Positions 16,941-26,300 of a DNA stretch of 64,000 bases are shown piece after piece. The stretch is taken from NCBI GenBank assembly GCA_035531955.1, contig DATKRZ010000103.1:11972-75971 (forward strand), written 5' to 3'. A program made the translations under genes and the position numbers. Each line of letters starts with the position of its first letter. The first letter of the stretch is position 1. Source of the DNA: Acidimicrobiales bacterium. GTDB taxonomy: Bacteria > Actinomycetota > Acidimicrobiia > Acidimicrobiales > RAAP-2. Under the pieces are notes generated by a model. The model did not search any database and had not been told where the DNA came from. It was given only the letters and a program-made list of their open reading frames with translations.

Positions 16941-18490
16941 CCGGCTTCCCCCGCGGTCGGCACCGATCGGGCACCTCCGAGCCGGGCCCGCACCACCCTT
17001 CGATCGACCTTGCCGAAGTCGTTGTACGGGATCTCCTCCACGAACACCAATTGCTCGGGAATCTTGAAGCCGGCGATGCGACCGGCACAGAACTCCCGCA
17101 GCTGCTCGAGAGTCACCGGTTCGCGGACCACGACGGCGGCACCGACCCGGTGGCCCATCTCCGGGTCGGGGAACCCCACCACCGCCACGTCTCGGACCGC
17201 GGGGTGGGTCCGGACCACGGTCTCCACCTCCGAGGGCGAGAACTTCTCCCCTCCCCGGTTGATGGTGTCGGCCAGTCGTCCCCAGGGGTAGAGGTACCCG
17301 TCGGCGTCCTCGGACATCATGTCCCCGGTGCGGAACCATCCGGCGGGGATCGACGGGTCGTTGGCCTGGGAGTCGGGGATCACGCTGTTGTCACTCTTGA
17401 CCCAGAGCTCGCCGACCGCGCCCGTCGGTACCGACTCGTTGGTCACCGGGTCCGCAATGCGCACTTCGACGCCGGGAAGGGGGCGGCCCACCGAGGCCAG
17501 CCGCTCGGCCGAATGGTCACCGGGCCCCAGCAGGGTGATCGAGCCCAACGTCTCGGTCTGGCCGAAGGTGTTGGCCAGGCCCACGCCGGGGAGGGCGTCC
17601 ATGGCCCGGCGGATCAGCTCGGGCGACGCCGGCGCAGCCCCGTAGGTGAGTGCGGTCAGCGAGCTCAGGTCGGTGGTGGCGAAATCGGGATGCTCGAGGA
17701 TCCGGTAGAGCATGGTCGGCACGAGGAACGACGTGTTCACCCGGTGCCGCTCGACCAGCGCCAGCCACCCGCCGGCATCGAACCGGGTCTGGACCACGGT
17801 GGTGCTGCCCTTGGCCAGCGCCACCAACAGCCCCAGCATCCCGCCGATGTGCACGAACGGCACGCACATCAGGGCCACCGACGGAGCAGGCTCGACGGTC
17901 GGCGAGTAGGCGGCGATCCTCGAGGCGACCATGGAATGCGGAAGCGGCACCGCCTTCGGCGTCCCCGTCGTGCCGCTGGTGAAGAGCACCACGGCGTCCT
18001 CTTGCGGGGCGGGATCGAAGACCGGTGCGCCCTCGGGGTGGTGGTCGGACGCCAGCTCCCCGAGCCCGAGGACCACGCGCTGTCCGGCCTGGCGCAGCAC
18101 GTCGGCATAGGCGGCCCCGGCCACCCCGATCGGAGCCGACTCCACCACCTCCATCAGCACGCCCACCTCGTCGGCGGTCAGGCGGGGGTTCATCAGGGCA
18201 GTCGCCGCTCCGACCCGGGCGGCACCGACCAGGGCGGCCACCGACAGCAGGCTGGCGTCGTCGACCAGGGGGATCCGCCACCCGGGCCGGACCCCGGCCG
18301 AACGGAGGGCGGCGGCAGCTTTGCGGATGGACGCGTCGAGGTCGCCGTAGGTGGTCGACGTCCCGTCGATGACCACGGCCACCCGGCCGGGATCCACCTC
18401 GGTCACTCCTTCGATGACCCTTCCGAGTGTTCTAGCCGGGGGCACGCCGGCCCCGGTCCCTCGACGTCCCTCCGTCGTCGGGACCCCCAT
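16937..18490 (-). CDS. AMP-dependent acyl-CoA synthetase/ligase
   Basis: AMP-binding LFTSGTTGTPKAV and C-terminal GKVDRRV. Start is uncertain (ATG 18490, TTG 18508, or an internal GTG). Confidence 0.85.
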   Translation of the reverse strand: MGVPTTEGRRGTGAGVPPARTLGRVIEGVTEVDPGRVAVVIDGTSTTYGDLDASIRKAAAALRSAGVRPGWRIPLVDDASLLSVAALVGAARVGAATALMNPRLTADEVGVLMEVVESAPIGVAGAAYADVLRQAGQRVVLGLGELASDHHPEGAPVFDPAPQEDAVVLFTSGTTGTPKAVPLPHSMVASRIAAYSPTVEPAPSVALMCVPFVHIGGMLGLLVALAKGSTTVVQTRFDAGGWLALVERHRVNTSFLVPTMLYRILEHPDFATTDLSSLTALTYGAAPASPELIRRAMDALPGVGLANTFGQTETLGSITLLGPGDHSAERLASVGRPLPGVEVRIADPVTNESVPTGAVGELWVKSDNSVIPDSQANDPSIPAGWFRTGDMMSEDADGYLYPWGRLADTINRGGEKFSPSEVETVVRTHPAVRDVAVVGFPDPEMGHRVGAAVVVREPVTLEQLREFCAGRIAGFKIPEQLVFVEEIPYNDFGKVDRRVVRARLGGARSVPTAGEAG

Positions 18491-18555
18491 CTCCCCCGGT
18501 CCGGCCAAATCCGGTCATCGGTGTCCCTCCTCGTCGACCCGACGCGGGCCGGGCC

Positions 18556-19761
18556 TCAGTCTGTCGGTTCGCTGCCGACCACGCCGACGAAGCTGACGCA
18601 CTCTCCGGGGCCACCGCCGAGGTTGTGGGTCAGACCCAGGGTGCGCCCCGGGTCGGCCACGGTGGCGATCTGGCGCTCCGACGGCGCCTTCCGCCGCAGC
18701 TGGAGCCAGCACTCGAACAGCATCCGCAGGCCTGATGCGCCGATCGGGTGGCCGAAGCTCTTGAGGCCTCCGTCGGGATTGACCGGGAGCTCGCCGTCCC
18801 GGTCGAAGGTCCCGGCCAGTACCTCCTTCCACGCAGTGCCCCGCTCGGCGAAGCCGAGGTCCTCCATCAGGACCAGTTCGGTGGGAGTGAAGCAGTCGTG
18901 GACCTCGGCCATGGCCAGTTGGGACCGGGGATCGGTGATCCCCGCCTGCCGGTAGGCGTCGGCCGCCGATCGGACCACCTCCTCGAAGCTGGTGTAGTCG
19001 TACTCGGGGTCGATGATCCCGGCCGCCGGACCGGCGACGAAGCTCAGGCCTTTGACATAGAGGGGCGAGTCGGTATAGCGGGACGCGTCCTCGGTCCGGC
19101 ACACCACCACCGCGGCGGCACCGTCACTGACGCCGCTGCAGTCGAAGACGCCGAGCTGCCCGGCCACCAGCGGCGACGAGGCGATCTTCTCCATCGAGAC
19201 CCCGCTGCGGAACTGGGCCCTCGGGTTGACGGCACCGTTCTGGTGGTTCTTGAAGGCGATCCGGGTCATCACCGCCTTCAGCTCCTCGGGATCGACCCCG
19301 TACTTGTGGGCGTACGCGGGCACCAGAAGCGAGAAGACTGCCGGGGAGCTGAGGCCGGCGTTGGTCCCGTCGCCGACCTGGCGGATACCGGTGAGCCCCG
19401 AGTAGCCGGAGTCCTTCAGCTTCTCCACCCCGACGGCCATGGCCACGTCGTAGGCGCCGGATGCCACCGCGTAACAGGCGTTGCGAAACGCCTCCGAGCC
19501 GGTGGCGCAGAAATTCTCGACCCGGGTCACCGGCTTGTAGTCGATCTTGAGCGGCTTGGACAAGGTGAGCCCGGACTGGCCCGAGCCCATGGTCCCCAGC
19601 CAGAATGCGTCGACGTCCCCGAGGGCGATGCCGGCCGACCGGGCGCACTCGGTGGTGGCGTCGGTCAGGAGGTCGTCGGTGCTCTTGTCCCACAGTTCGC
19701 CGAACGGGGTGCAGCCCATCCCAACGATGGCCACCCGGTCACGAATCCCTCTACTGGCCAC
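18556..19761 (-). CDS. SCP-x/lipid-transfer-type thiolase (nucleophile Cys present)
   Basis: VAIVGMGCTPFGELW and VENFCATGSEAFRNACYAVASGAYDVAMAVGVEK. GTG at 19761 lies 1 nt after the upstream stop, with GGGAGAGGGAGG just upstream. Confidence 0.88.
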   Translation of the reverse strand: MASRGIRDRVAIVGMGCTPFGELWDKSTDDLLTDATTECARSAGIALGDVDAFWLGTMGSGQSGLTLSKPLKIDYKPVTRVENFCATGSEAFRNACYAVASGAYDVAMAVGVEKLKDSGYSGLTGIRQVGDGTNAGLSSPAVFSLLVPAYAHKYGVDPEELKAVMTRIAFKNHQNGAVNPRAQFRSGVSMEKIASSPLVAGQLGVFDCSGVSDGAAAVVVCRTEDASRYTDSPLYVKGLSFVAGPAAGIIDPEYDYTSFEEVVRSAADAYRQAGITDPRSQLAMAEVHDCFTPTELVLMEDLGFAERGTAWKEVLAGTFDRDGELPVNPDGGLKSFGHPIGASGLRMLFECWLQLRRKAPSERQIATVADPGRTLGLTHNLGGGPGECVSFVGVVGSEPTD

Positions 19762-19762
19762 T

Positions 19763-21259
19763 TCAGCCTCCCTCTCCCCCGCCCACCTCGGCGGGCACCA
19801 CCCCTCCGACCTGCTCGCCCCGGTCATCGATCCGGTCGGAGACCGGTCGTGCCTTCCAGAAGTAATTATGCACACCTTGGGCGCTGTAGAACCGACGGAA
19901 GGTCATCTCCACCCGGGTTCCGATGGCCAGTGCCTCCGGGTCGACGTCGGTCATCTCCCCCCGGTACCTGCCGCCGCCGTCGAAATCGATGACCGCGCCG
20001 ACCATCGGAGGGGAGAGGCTGAAGGCCAGCCGGTCCACGGTGAAGGTGGCGACCGTCCCCCGCACACCGGCCAGCCGTTGCGGCTCCATGTGGTCCACCG
20101 ATCGGCACGACAGGCAGACCCGGGTCGGGGGAAGGTGGACGAACCCGCACTCGAGGCAGCGGCTGGCGCCGAAGCCGAACTTCCAACCCTCGTTGCGCCG
20201 CATGGCGGGAGCGTCGGGTCGTTCGGGGTCGGGTCGGCGCGGTGGCTCCCGCCGGAGGTGCCCGCGCCAGGTCAGGTACACCGCGTAGGGCAGGTCGCGA
20301 CGCCCCTGGTCGACTGAGGCGGCCACCTCCATCATCCCCTCCCGGCGCCGTGCCTCCTGTACCCCGACCAGTGCGGGAGTGGTGCGGAAGACCACCGCGT
20401 CGGCGCCGTCGCCCACTCCCAGGACCACGACGGCCTGGTCGGGCCCCGCCCTCTCCAGCACCTCGGCCAGGCCGGTGGCGGCCTGGGCTGCGCCAAGGTT
20501 CCCGATCAGCGAGGTGTAATCGGTGGCCACCCGCTGGGGCGCCACGCCGAGTGTCTTGCGCAGGGTGCCGACGGCTCGGGCATGCAGCCCGGCCACCACC
20601 AGGTGGTCGATCTCGTCGACGGTCAGGCCGGCATCGGCGAGCGCCCCGGAAAACGCCGCCCGGCCCAGTGGCACCAGGGCCTCCTCCCCGAACCGGTCCT
20701 CCCACTGGCGCGAGGCGGAATCGCCCGGGACCCTCCAGCGGTCGAGGAATTCGTGGGTGACGGAGGCGTGGCCGAGCACCTCGGCCACCGCCCCCTCCGG
20801 TGCGAAGACGAAGGCGGCGGCTCCGTCCCCCCCCTGGCTCTCCTCGGCTCCCCCAGCCAACCCGGTACGCAGGTCGGAGACCACGGCGATTGATGCGTGG
20901 CGCTCGCCCTCCAGGGCGGCCAGGCGCATGGCCGCCCAGCCCGAACGGACTGATCCGCAGAGGTCGTAGGCGCCGGTGGACGGGGGGAGGCCCAGGGCGG
21001 CGTGGATGGTGGAGGCGTTGGTCTTGTCCAGGTAGGCCGGATCCGGAGTGGAGAAGAAGAGGTCATCGGGGACCGGCACCCCGGCCGGCTGCAACGCCCG
21101 ACGGGCGGCCTCCACGCCAAGGGTGGTGGTGTCCTCGTCGTAGGACGCCACGGCACGGGTGCCGCGGCCGGGCGTGGTGCCGAATGCGACGCCGATGGAG
21201 GCCCGTTCGAGACGCCAGTACGGGAGGTAGGTGGCCCACGACACGATCCCGGAGGCCAT
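19763..21259 (-). CDS. HMG-CoA-synthase-like (thiolase superfamily) domain fused to a C-terminal DUF35 Zn-ribbon/OB-fold domain
   Basis: N-terminus IVSWATYLPYWRLERASIG...ASYDEDTTTLGVEAARRAL, then YDLCGSVRSG and IGNLGAAQA. C-terminal CLECGFVHLPPTRVCLSCRS followed by an OB-like GTVATFTV...GAVIDFDGG. Confidence 0.85.
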   Translation of the reverse strand: MASGIVSWATYLPYWRLERASIGVAFGTTPGRGTRAVASYDEDTTTLGVEAARRALQPAGVPVPDDLFFSTPDPAYLDKTNASTIHAALGLPPSTGAYDLCGSVRSGWAAMRLAALEGERHASIAVVSDLRTGLAGGAEESQGGDGAAAFVFAPEGAVAEVLGHASVTHEFLDRWRVPGDSASRQWEDRFGEEALVPLGRAAFSGALADAGLTVDEIDHLVVAGLHARAVGTLRKTLGVAPQRVATDYTSLIGNLGAAQAATGLAEVLERAGPDQAVVVLGVGDGADAVVFRTTPALVGVQEARRREGMMEVAASVDQGRRDLPYAVYLTWRGHLRREPPRRPDPERPDAPAMRRNEGWKFGFGASRCLECGFVHLPPTRVCLSCRSVDHMEPQRLAGVRGTVATFTVDRLAFSLSPPMVGAVIDFDGGGRYRGEMTDVDPEALAIGTRVEMTFRRFYSAQGVHNYFWKARPVSDRIDDRGEQVGGVVPAEVGGGEGG

Positions 21260-21287
21260 CAGTACTGCCCTTCCCCTCGTCCCACGG

Positions 21288-22838
21288 TCAGCGCCCGACG
21301 CCGGCCAGCTGGGCCGCCCGGGCCTTCAGCGCCGACCGGTCGGGCTTCCCGATGCCCAGCAAGGGTATCTCGTCGACGTGGACGACCAACTCGGGAGTCT
21401 TGAACCGGGCCACGCCCTGTGCGGAAAACCATTGCCGGCACTCTTGCACGTCGAGACGGCCGTCCCCCACCACGAATGCCGCCACCCGCTCCCCCAGGCG
21501 CTCGTCCGGGCACCCGACCACCACGGCCTGGCGAACGCCCGGATACGCCTCCAGCAACCGCTCGACCTCCGCCGACGCGATGTTCTCCCCCGCCCGGATG
21601 ATCACGTCCTTGCACCTCCCCACGATGGTCAGCCAGCCGTCGGCATCGAGGGTGCCCAGGTCACCGGTGGCGAACCAGCCGCGGCGCACGGCCTCCGCCG
21701 TCTCCGACGCCTCGCCGTAGCCGACGAAGAGCTCGGGGCCCCGCAACAGGACCTCTCCCTGCTCACCGGGCGGGACACTCCGGTTGCTCAGCGGGTCCAC
21801 CACCCGGATGACCGCGTCGCCGACGCTGCGCCCGTCGGTGTCACGCGCCTTGTCGGGACCGTCGGCGGCGGTGGACGTGGTCACGGTGGGCGCCTCGGTC
21901 GACCCGTAGGTGCGCTTCACCGTCGCCCCCAGCCCCCGGCGGGCCGCATCGATGAACTCGGGGGTCACTCCCATGCCCCCGCAGGAGACCACCCGCAGGC
22001 TGGACAGTCGAGCCGGCGGGCCGGCCACGTCCATCATGTCGAGGAAGAGGGTCGGTGGACCGATCATGAACGAAACCGAGTGCTCGCCGGCCAGCCGCAC
22101 TCCCGCCTCGGGGTCCCACCTCTCCATCAGCACCACGTTCATGGCTGCGGCCCCCGGGACGAGCACGGCGTTCAGCAGTCCCGAGACGTGGGCCAGGGGC
22201 GAGGGCATGAGAGCCACGTCGGCACTCGAAAGGGCATGGGCCCTCACCATCGAGCGGGCCTTGTAGGCGAGGCCCCGGTTGGTGTGGAGCACGGCTTTGG
22301 GATGCCCGGTGGAACCCGAGGTGAACAGGACCACCGCCACGTCGGCGCCCCGCCCGGCTCCCGTCGCCACCGGGTGGCAGGCCAGCAGCTCGCCGAGGCG
22401 CCCGTTTGCGCCGCGCACTCCGATCGTCCCCTGGCGCTCGGCCAGGGGCATGCCCGGGGCGGCGAAGGACGCCGTCGGCCGGAGGGACTCGACCATCCGC
22501 CCCACCTCGGTCGGCCCGACCTGGTGGTGGATGGGGGCAGCCACCGCCCCGCACCGCCAACAGGCGCGGAACAGGGCGATCGCCTCCCACCAATTGGGGA
22601 GTTGCCAGGTGACGACGCTCCCCCTTCGGACGCCGAGCGACCGGAGCCCGCCCGACAGCGCGGCCACCACCCGCTCCAGGGCGGCCGCGTCGAGCCGGGC
22701 CTCTCCGTCGACGATGGCCGGGCCGGACGGCGGACGGCGGGACGACAGGAGCTGGTCGAGCGTCGGGACATCCCACGCGCCCCCGGGGCGCAGATACCGC
22801 GTGGCCTCGGCCTGGCGGTAGGTCGGTCGGAGGTTCAC
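21288..22838 (-). CDS. AMP-dependent acyl-CoA synthetase/ligase
   Basis: VVLFTSGSTGHPKAVLHTNRG. GTG at 22838 overlaps the upstream crotonase stop (GTGA). Confidence 0.88.
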   Translation of the reverse strand: MNLRPTYRQAEATRYLRPGGAWDVPTLDQLLSSRRPPSGPAIVDGEARLDAAALERVVAALSGGLRSLGVRRGSVVTWQLPNWWEAIALFRACWRCGAVAAPIHHQVGPTEVGRMVESLRPTASFAAPGMPLAERQGTIGVRGANGRLGELLACHPVATGAGRGADVAVVLFTSGSTGHPKAVLHTNRGLAYKARSMVRAHALSSADVALMPSPLAHVSGLLNAVLVPGAAAMNVVLMERWDPEAGVRLAGEHSVSFMIGPPTLFLDMMDVAGPPARLSSLRVVSCGGMGVTPEFIDAARRGLGATVKRTYGSTEAPTVTTSTAADGPDKARDTDGRSVGDAVIRVVDPLSNRSVPPGEQGEVLLRGPELFVGYGEASETAEAVRRGWFATGDLGTLDADGWLTIVGRCKDVIIRAGENIASAEVERLLEAYPGVRQAVVVGCPDERLGERVAAFVVGDGRLDVQECRQWFSAQGVARFKTPELVVHVDEIPLLGIGKPDRSALKARAAQLAGVGR

Positions 22839-23752
22839 CGGCCCGGGACAGGTCCCTCCACCAGGTCCGGAGTCGCCATTCGCACCGGTGGGGCATCCTT
22901 CCAATTGGGTATCCCGTCAGCGGGCTCGGCCACCGGATACTTGCTCTCATGGATCTCCGCCCAGTGGGAGTGGTTCAACTGGTGGAGGGTGAAGCAGGCC
23001 TGCAGGGAGTTGTAGAAGCCCATGTTGTCCACCGTCTGGTTCACCGACTCCTTGATCATCAGTGCGGTCATGGTCGGTACCTGGGCGATCCGGCGAGCGT
23101 AGGCGAGGGTCCGCTCCGACAGTTCGGCCGCGGGGAAGACCTTGCTCACCATCCCGAGCCGGTGGGCCTCGTGGACATCGATGGCGTCGCCGGTCAGCAT
23201 CATCTCCTTGGTGCGTCGCGGCCCGAATTCCCACGGGTGCCCGAAGTACTCCATCCCGCACATCCCGAGGCGGGTGCCGACGACATCGGCGAAGTACACG
23301 TCGTCGGCGGCCACGATCAGGTCGCAGGCCCACATCAGCATGAGGCCGGCCGAGTACACCGTGCCCTGCACCTGGGCCACCGTGATCTTCCGCAGATTGC
23401 GCCACCTCATCGTGTTCTGGAAGTAGTAGTGCCACTCCTGGAGCATGCGGGCCTCGGCACCCTTGCGGGTGGCGCCGTTGATGGTGGCGGTGCGGTGCTG
23501 GCCAGGGCCGGGCTCACGCTCGGCCCTGGCCTCCTTGGACCCCATGTCGTGGCCCGAGGAGAACAGCGGCCCCACCCCACCCAGGATGACCACCCGCACC
23601 TTGTCCTCCTCTTCGGCCCGGCCGAACGCGTCGTCGAGGTCCACCAGCAACCCGCGGTTCTGGGCGTTCCGGGTGTCGGGCCGGTTGAGCAGGATGCGGA
23701 CCACCTCGCCGCCCTCCAGCTCCTCGTACGTCACGTACCTGTAGTCAGTCAT
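22835..23752 (-). CDS. enoyl-CoA hydratase/isomerase (crotonase) family, long form
   Basis: VVRILLNRPDTRNAQN...VVILGGVGPLFSSGHDMG. Paralogous in layout to the 13641..14519 gene. Confidence 0.9.
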   Translation of the reverse strand: MTDYRYVTYEELEGGEVVRILLNRPDTRNAQNRGLLVDLDDAFGRAEEEDKVRVVILGGVGPLFSSGHDMGSKEARAEREPGPGQHRTATINGATRKGAEARMLQEWHYYFQNTMRWRNLRKITVAQVQGTVYSAGLMLMWACDLIVAADDVYFADVVGTRLGMCGMEYFGHPWEFGPRRTKEMMLTGDAIDVHEAHRLGMVSKVFPAAELSERTLAYARRIAQVPTMTALMIKESVNQTVDNMGFYNSLQACFTLHQLNHSHWAEIHESKYPVAEPADGIPNWKDAPPVRMATPDLVEGPVPGR

Positions 23753-23891
23753 CTCCGCATCTCCCTCCTGGTCGCCACCGGTGCCGTCGCAGGGGCCACG
23801 GTATACCTCGTTCCTCTGGGTCCCGCACGGACGGGTGGTGCGGCGAGTGGTGCGGTGGGAATGTGGGAGCAGGTGACGGGTCGGGCCGAAA

Positions 23892-24083
23892 TCAGTCGGC
23901 GATGCTCAGCGCGACCTTGGGGCAGGACCTCACGGCCATCTCGACCTTCGATCGAAGGCCTTCGTCCGGCTCCTCGGCGAGGACATGGAGCTCGTCGTCG
24001 TCGCTCACCTCGAACACCTCGGGGGCTGCGGCCATGCAAAGGGCGTTGGACTCGCACCGGCCCCGGTCCACGATCACCCGCAT
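23892..24083 (-). CDS. small ferredoxin (3-Cys pattern CxxNxxC...CP)
   Basis: C-terminal 63 codons of ORF 23892..25664: MRVIVDRGRCESNALCMAAAPEVF...VRSCPKVALSIAD. ATG at 24083. Confidence 0.8.
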   Translation of the reverse strand: MRVIVDRGRCESNALCMAAAPEVFEVSDDDELHVLAEEPDEGLRSKVEMAVRSCPKVALSIAD

Positions 24084-24278
24084 GGTCGGAGTGTACCGAA
24101 TGTCCTGTACCGGACCACCGTCGGCTCTTACTCCTCCCAGCGAAAACGGCATTTCCACTGGAGGCGCCGCGCTGGTAGTATGGCCACGGCTGCCGGGGAC
24201 CACCGGGAGCCAGGATGCATCACCCCCCGCCGTTCCGGCCGTGTTCGGGACCGGCGGCACAGCGAGCACAGGAAGGCG

Positions 24279-25487
24279 ATGGCCATGTCTCCGCGAACGT
24301 TGGATTTTCCGGTCTTCGATGCCGACAATCACATGTACGAGACAACTGACGCGTTCACCAAATTCCTCCCTCCGGAGTACTCGGGCCTCATCAAATACGT
24401 GGAGGTCGACGGGCGGACCAAGATCGCGGTGAACGGCCTGATCAGCAACTACATACCCAATCCCACCTTCGAGGTCGTGGCGGCCCCCGGCGCGCAGGAG
24501 GAGTACTTCAAGAGCGGCAACCCCGAGGGGAAGTCCCGGCGGGAGATCATGGGCAAGCCCATCCGGTCGCTGCCCGGGTTCAGCGCGCCCGAGCCCCGCC
24601 TCCGGCTCATGGACGAGCTGGGCATCGACAGGGCCTTGATGTGGCCCACCCTGGCCAGCCTGCTCGAGGAGCGGCTGCGCGACGATCCGATCGCCACGCA
24701 CGCGGTGGTGCACACCCTCAACCAGTGGATGCACGAGCACTGGTCCTTCAACTACGAGTCGCGGATCTTCCCCACCCCGGTGATCCATCTCGGGATCGTG
24801 GACCGGGCCATCGACGAGCTCGAGTGGGTGCTCGAGCGGGGCGCCAAGATCGTCCTCATCCGCCCGGCTCCGGTGCCCGGGTTCATGGGGCCGCGTTCGA
24901 TGGCTCTGCCCGAATTCGACCCGTTCTGGAAACTGGTGGTCGAAGCGGGCATTCCGGTGGGCATGCACGCCTCGGACAGCGGCTACCAGCGCTACATGAA
25001 CGAGTGGGAGGGTGTCACCAGGGGTGAGATGACTCCGTTCAAGGGTGGCTCTGGCTTCATGGCCATCATCGGCCACCAGGGCCGGCCCATCATCGACACC
25101 GTGGCATCGCTCATCGGCCATGGCCTGTGCAGCCGCTTCCCCGAGCTGCGGTTCGCCCCGGTGGAGAACGGCAGCAACTGGGTGCGCCCGATCCTCCGGG
25201 ACATGGAGCACGCCTACGCGGCTGCGCCGAAGTCCTTCGACGAGGATCCGGTGGAGGTGTTCAAGCGCAACATCTACGTGCATCCCTTCCACGAGGAGGA
25301 CCCGATCGGTCTGGTGGACATCCTCGGCCCGGACCGGGTGCTCTTCGGCTCGGACTACCCCCACCCCGAAGGAATGGCCGATCCCCTCAGTTTCGTAGAC
25401 GAGCTGTCCGACCTGCCCGACGAGGCGGTGCGGAAGATCATGGGAGGAAACCTGAACCGCCTGATGGGGTTCGAGTCTGCCGCCTGA
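24279..25487 (+). CDS. amidohydrolase-2 (metal-dependent hydrolase/decarboxylase) family protein
   Basis: LDFPVFDADNHMYETTDAF...FGSDYPHPEG. ATG at 24279 after AGGAAGG. Confidence 0.88.
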   Translation: MAMSPRTLDFPVFDADNHMYETTDAFTKFLPPEYSGLIKYVEVDGRTKIAVNGLISNYIPNPTFEVVAAPGAQEEYFKSGNPEGKSRREIMGKPIRSLPGFSAPEPRLRLMDELGIDRALMWPTLASLLEERLRDDPIATHAVVHTLNQWMHEHWSFNYESRIFPTPVIHLGIVDRAIDELEWVLERGAKIVLIRPAPVPGFMGPRSMALPEFDPFWKLVVEAGIPVGMHASDSGYQRYMNEWEGVTRGEMTPFKGGSGFMAIIGHQGRPIIDTVASLIGHGLCSRFPELRFAPVENGSNWVRPILRDMEHAYAAAPKSFDEDPVEVFKRNIYVHPFHEEDPIGLVDILGPDRVLFGSDYPHPEGMADPLSFVDELSDLPDEAVRKIMGGNLNRLMGFESAA

Positions 25488-25495
25488 ATGGAGTC

Positions 25496-25517
25496 GCCTC
25501 GACGGCCCGGTCGAGGC
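25496..25517 (+). terminator. GC-rich hairpin just after the amidohydrolase stop
   Basis: GCCTCGAC-GGCCCG-GTCGAGGC: perfect 8-bp stem starting 9 nt after TGA (25485-25487). No U-tract. Confidence 0.35.
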
Positions 25518-25681
25518 TCCCGGATCGCATATCCACCACGTAGGCGGCCGTGATCGATACTGCCGACGCGTATATCGGTGTCGAACAGAGGCCTGATCGA
25601 CGCGATGAGCGACCCGGCTGTGCCGACGGGAATGGTGAATTCCATCAGATGACCTCCGGTTCATGGTTCTTCACTGTTCAA

Positions 25682-26143
25682 TCAGTCCTCCTCAGGCGCC
25701 CTCCATTCGGCTAGCTCAATGGTGACATCCCCAGGTCCCACAAGGAAGACCAGGCGGCGGTCGTGAAAGTCCATCACTTCATTGCGGGTCTGTACGCCGC
25801 CATCCTCAAGAACCGCAAGGGTGGCGTCGAGATCGTCAACTGCGAAGCAGACATGATTGAAGCCCAAGCGGGCCAGATTCGATTCCGACGGATTGCCGGG
25901 CAGTGTCGGGTGATGGAAGCACAGGAGCTGTACCTCCTGGTGGGTCGGAGCTTCCACCAGCTCGAGGGTGACGTGGTCGGCCTCCCACTCCGGGATTCCC
26001 ATGTACCGGGACATCTCATCGCCGGAGACAACGGTTGCCTTGGTCTCGTGAAAGCCGAGCAGTCCGAAGAATCGCTTTGCCTTGTCCAGGTCGGTAACGG
26101 CAATCGTCACATGATCGAACCCACTGTGCCTGACCCGCACCAT
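25682..26143 (-). CDS. VOC/glyoxalase-fold family protein
   Basis: FDHVTIAVTDLDKAKRFFGLLGF and FNHVCFAVDDLDATLAVLEDGG. Trimmed to ATG at 26143. Visibly lower GC than its neighbours. Confidence 0.85.
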   Translation of the reverse strand: MVRVRHSGFDHVTIAVTDLDKAKRFFGLLGFHETKATVVSGDEMSRYMGIPEWEADHVTLELVEAPTHQEVQLLCFHHPTLPGNPSESNLARLGFNHVCFAVDDLDATLAVLEDGGVQTRNEVMDFHDRRLVFLVGPGDVTIELAEWRAPEED

Positions 26144-26300
26144 CGAATCAGCGTAGATCGCCGTGCGGCTCGAGGGCGCGGCCCCAGTCGACTTTCGTCT
26201 GGCGGCGTCACAGAGGTCGTGTCCAACCCGCCCACTTGGCTTCACCGGGCCAGCAATCGGGAGCACGCTCAGACCCACCGGACTGGAGCATGCGTGCCCT

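Noticed and set aside
15915-17339. Long N-terminal extensions given by the ORF track (e.g. 474 aa for E1alpha, 580 aa for E1beta, 518 aa for the P450, 566 aa for the ACAD)
   Set aside because: The extensions are Arg/Gly/Pro-rich, overlap the upstream gene, and precede internal ATG/GTG codons that give canonical family N-termini, often with ATGA/GTGA coupling. Starts were trimmed accordingly.
25355-25645. 96-aa minus ORF with a good SD after the VOC gene
   Set aside because: Only the first ~35 codons look coding. The remainder overlaps a hairpin and the 3' end of the convergent amidohydrolase gene and is Arg/Ser/Pro-rich. It is treated as a possible gene remnant, not a functional CDS.
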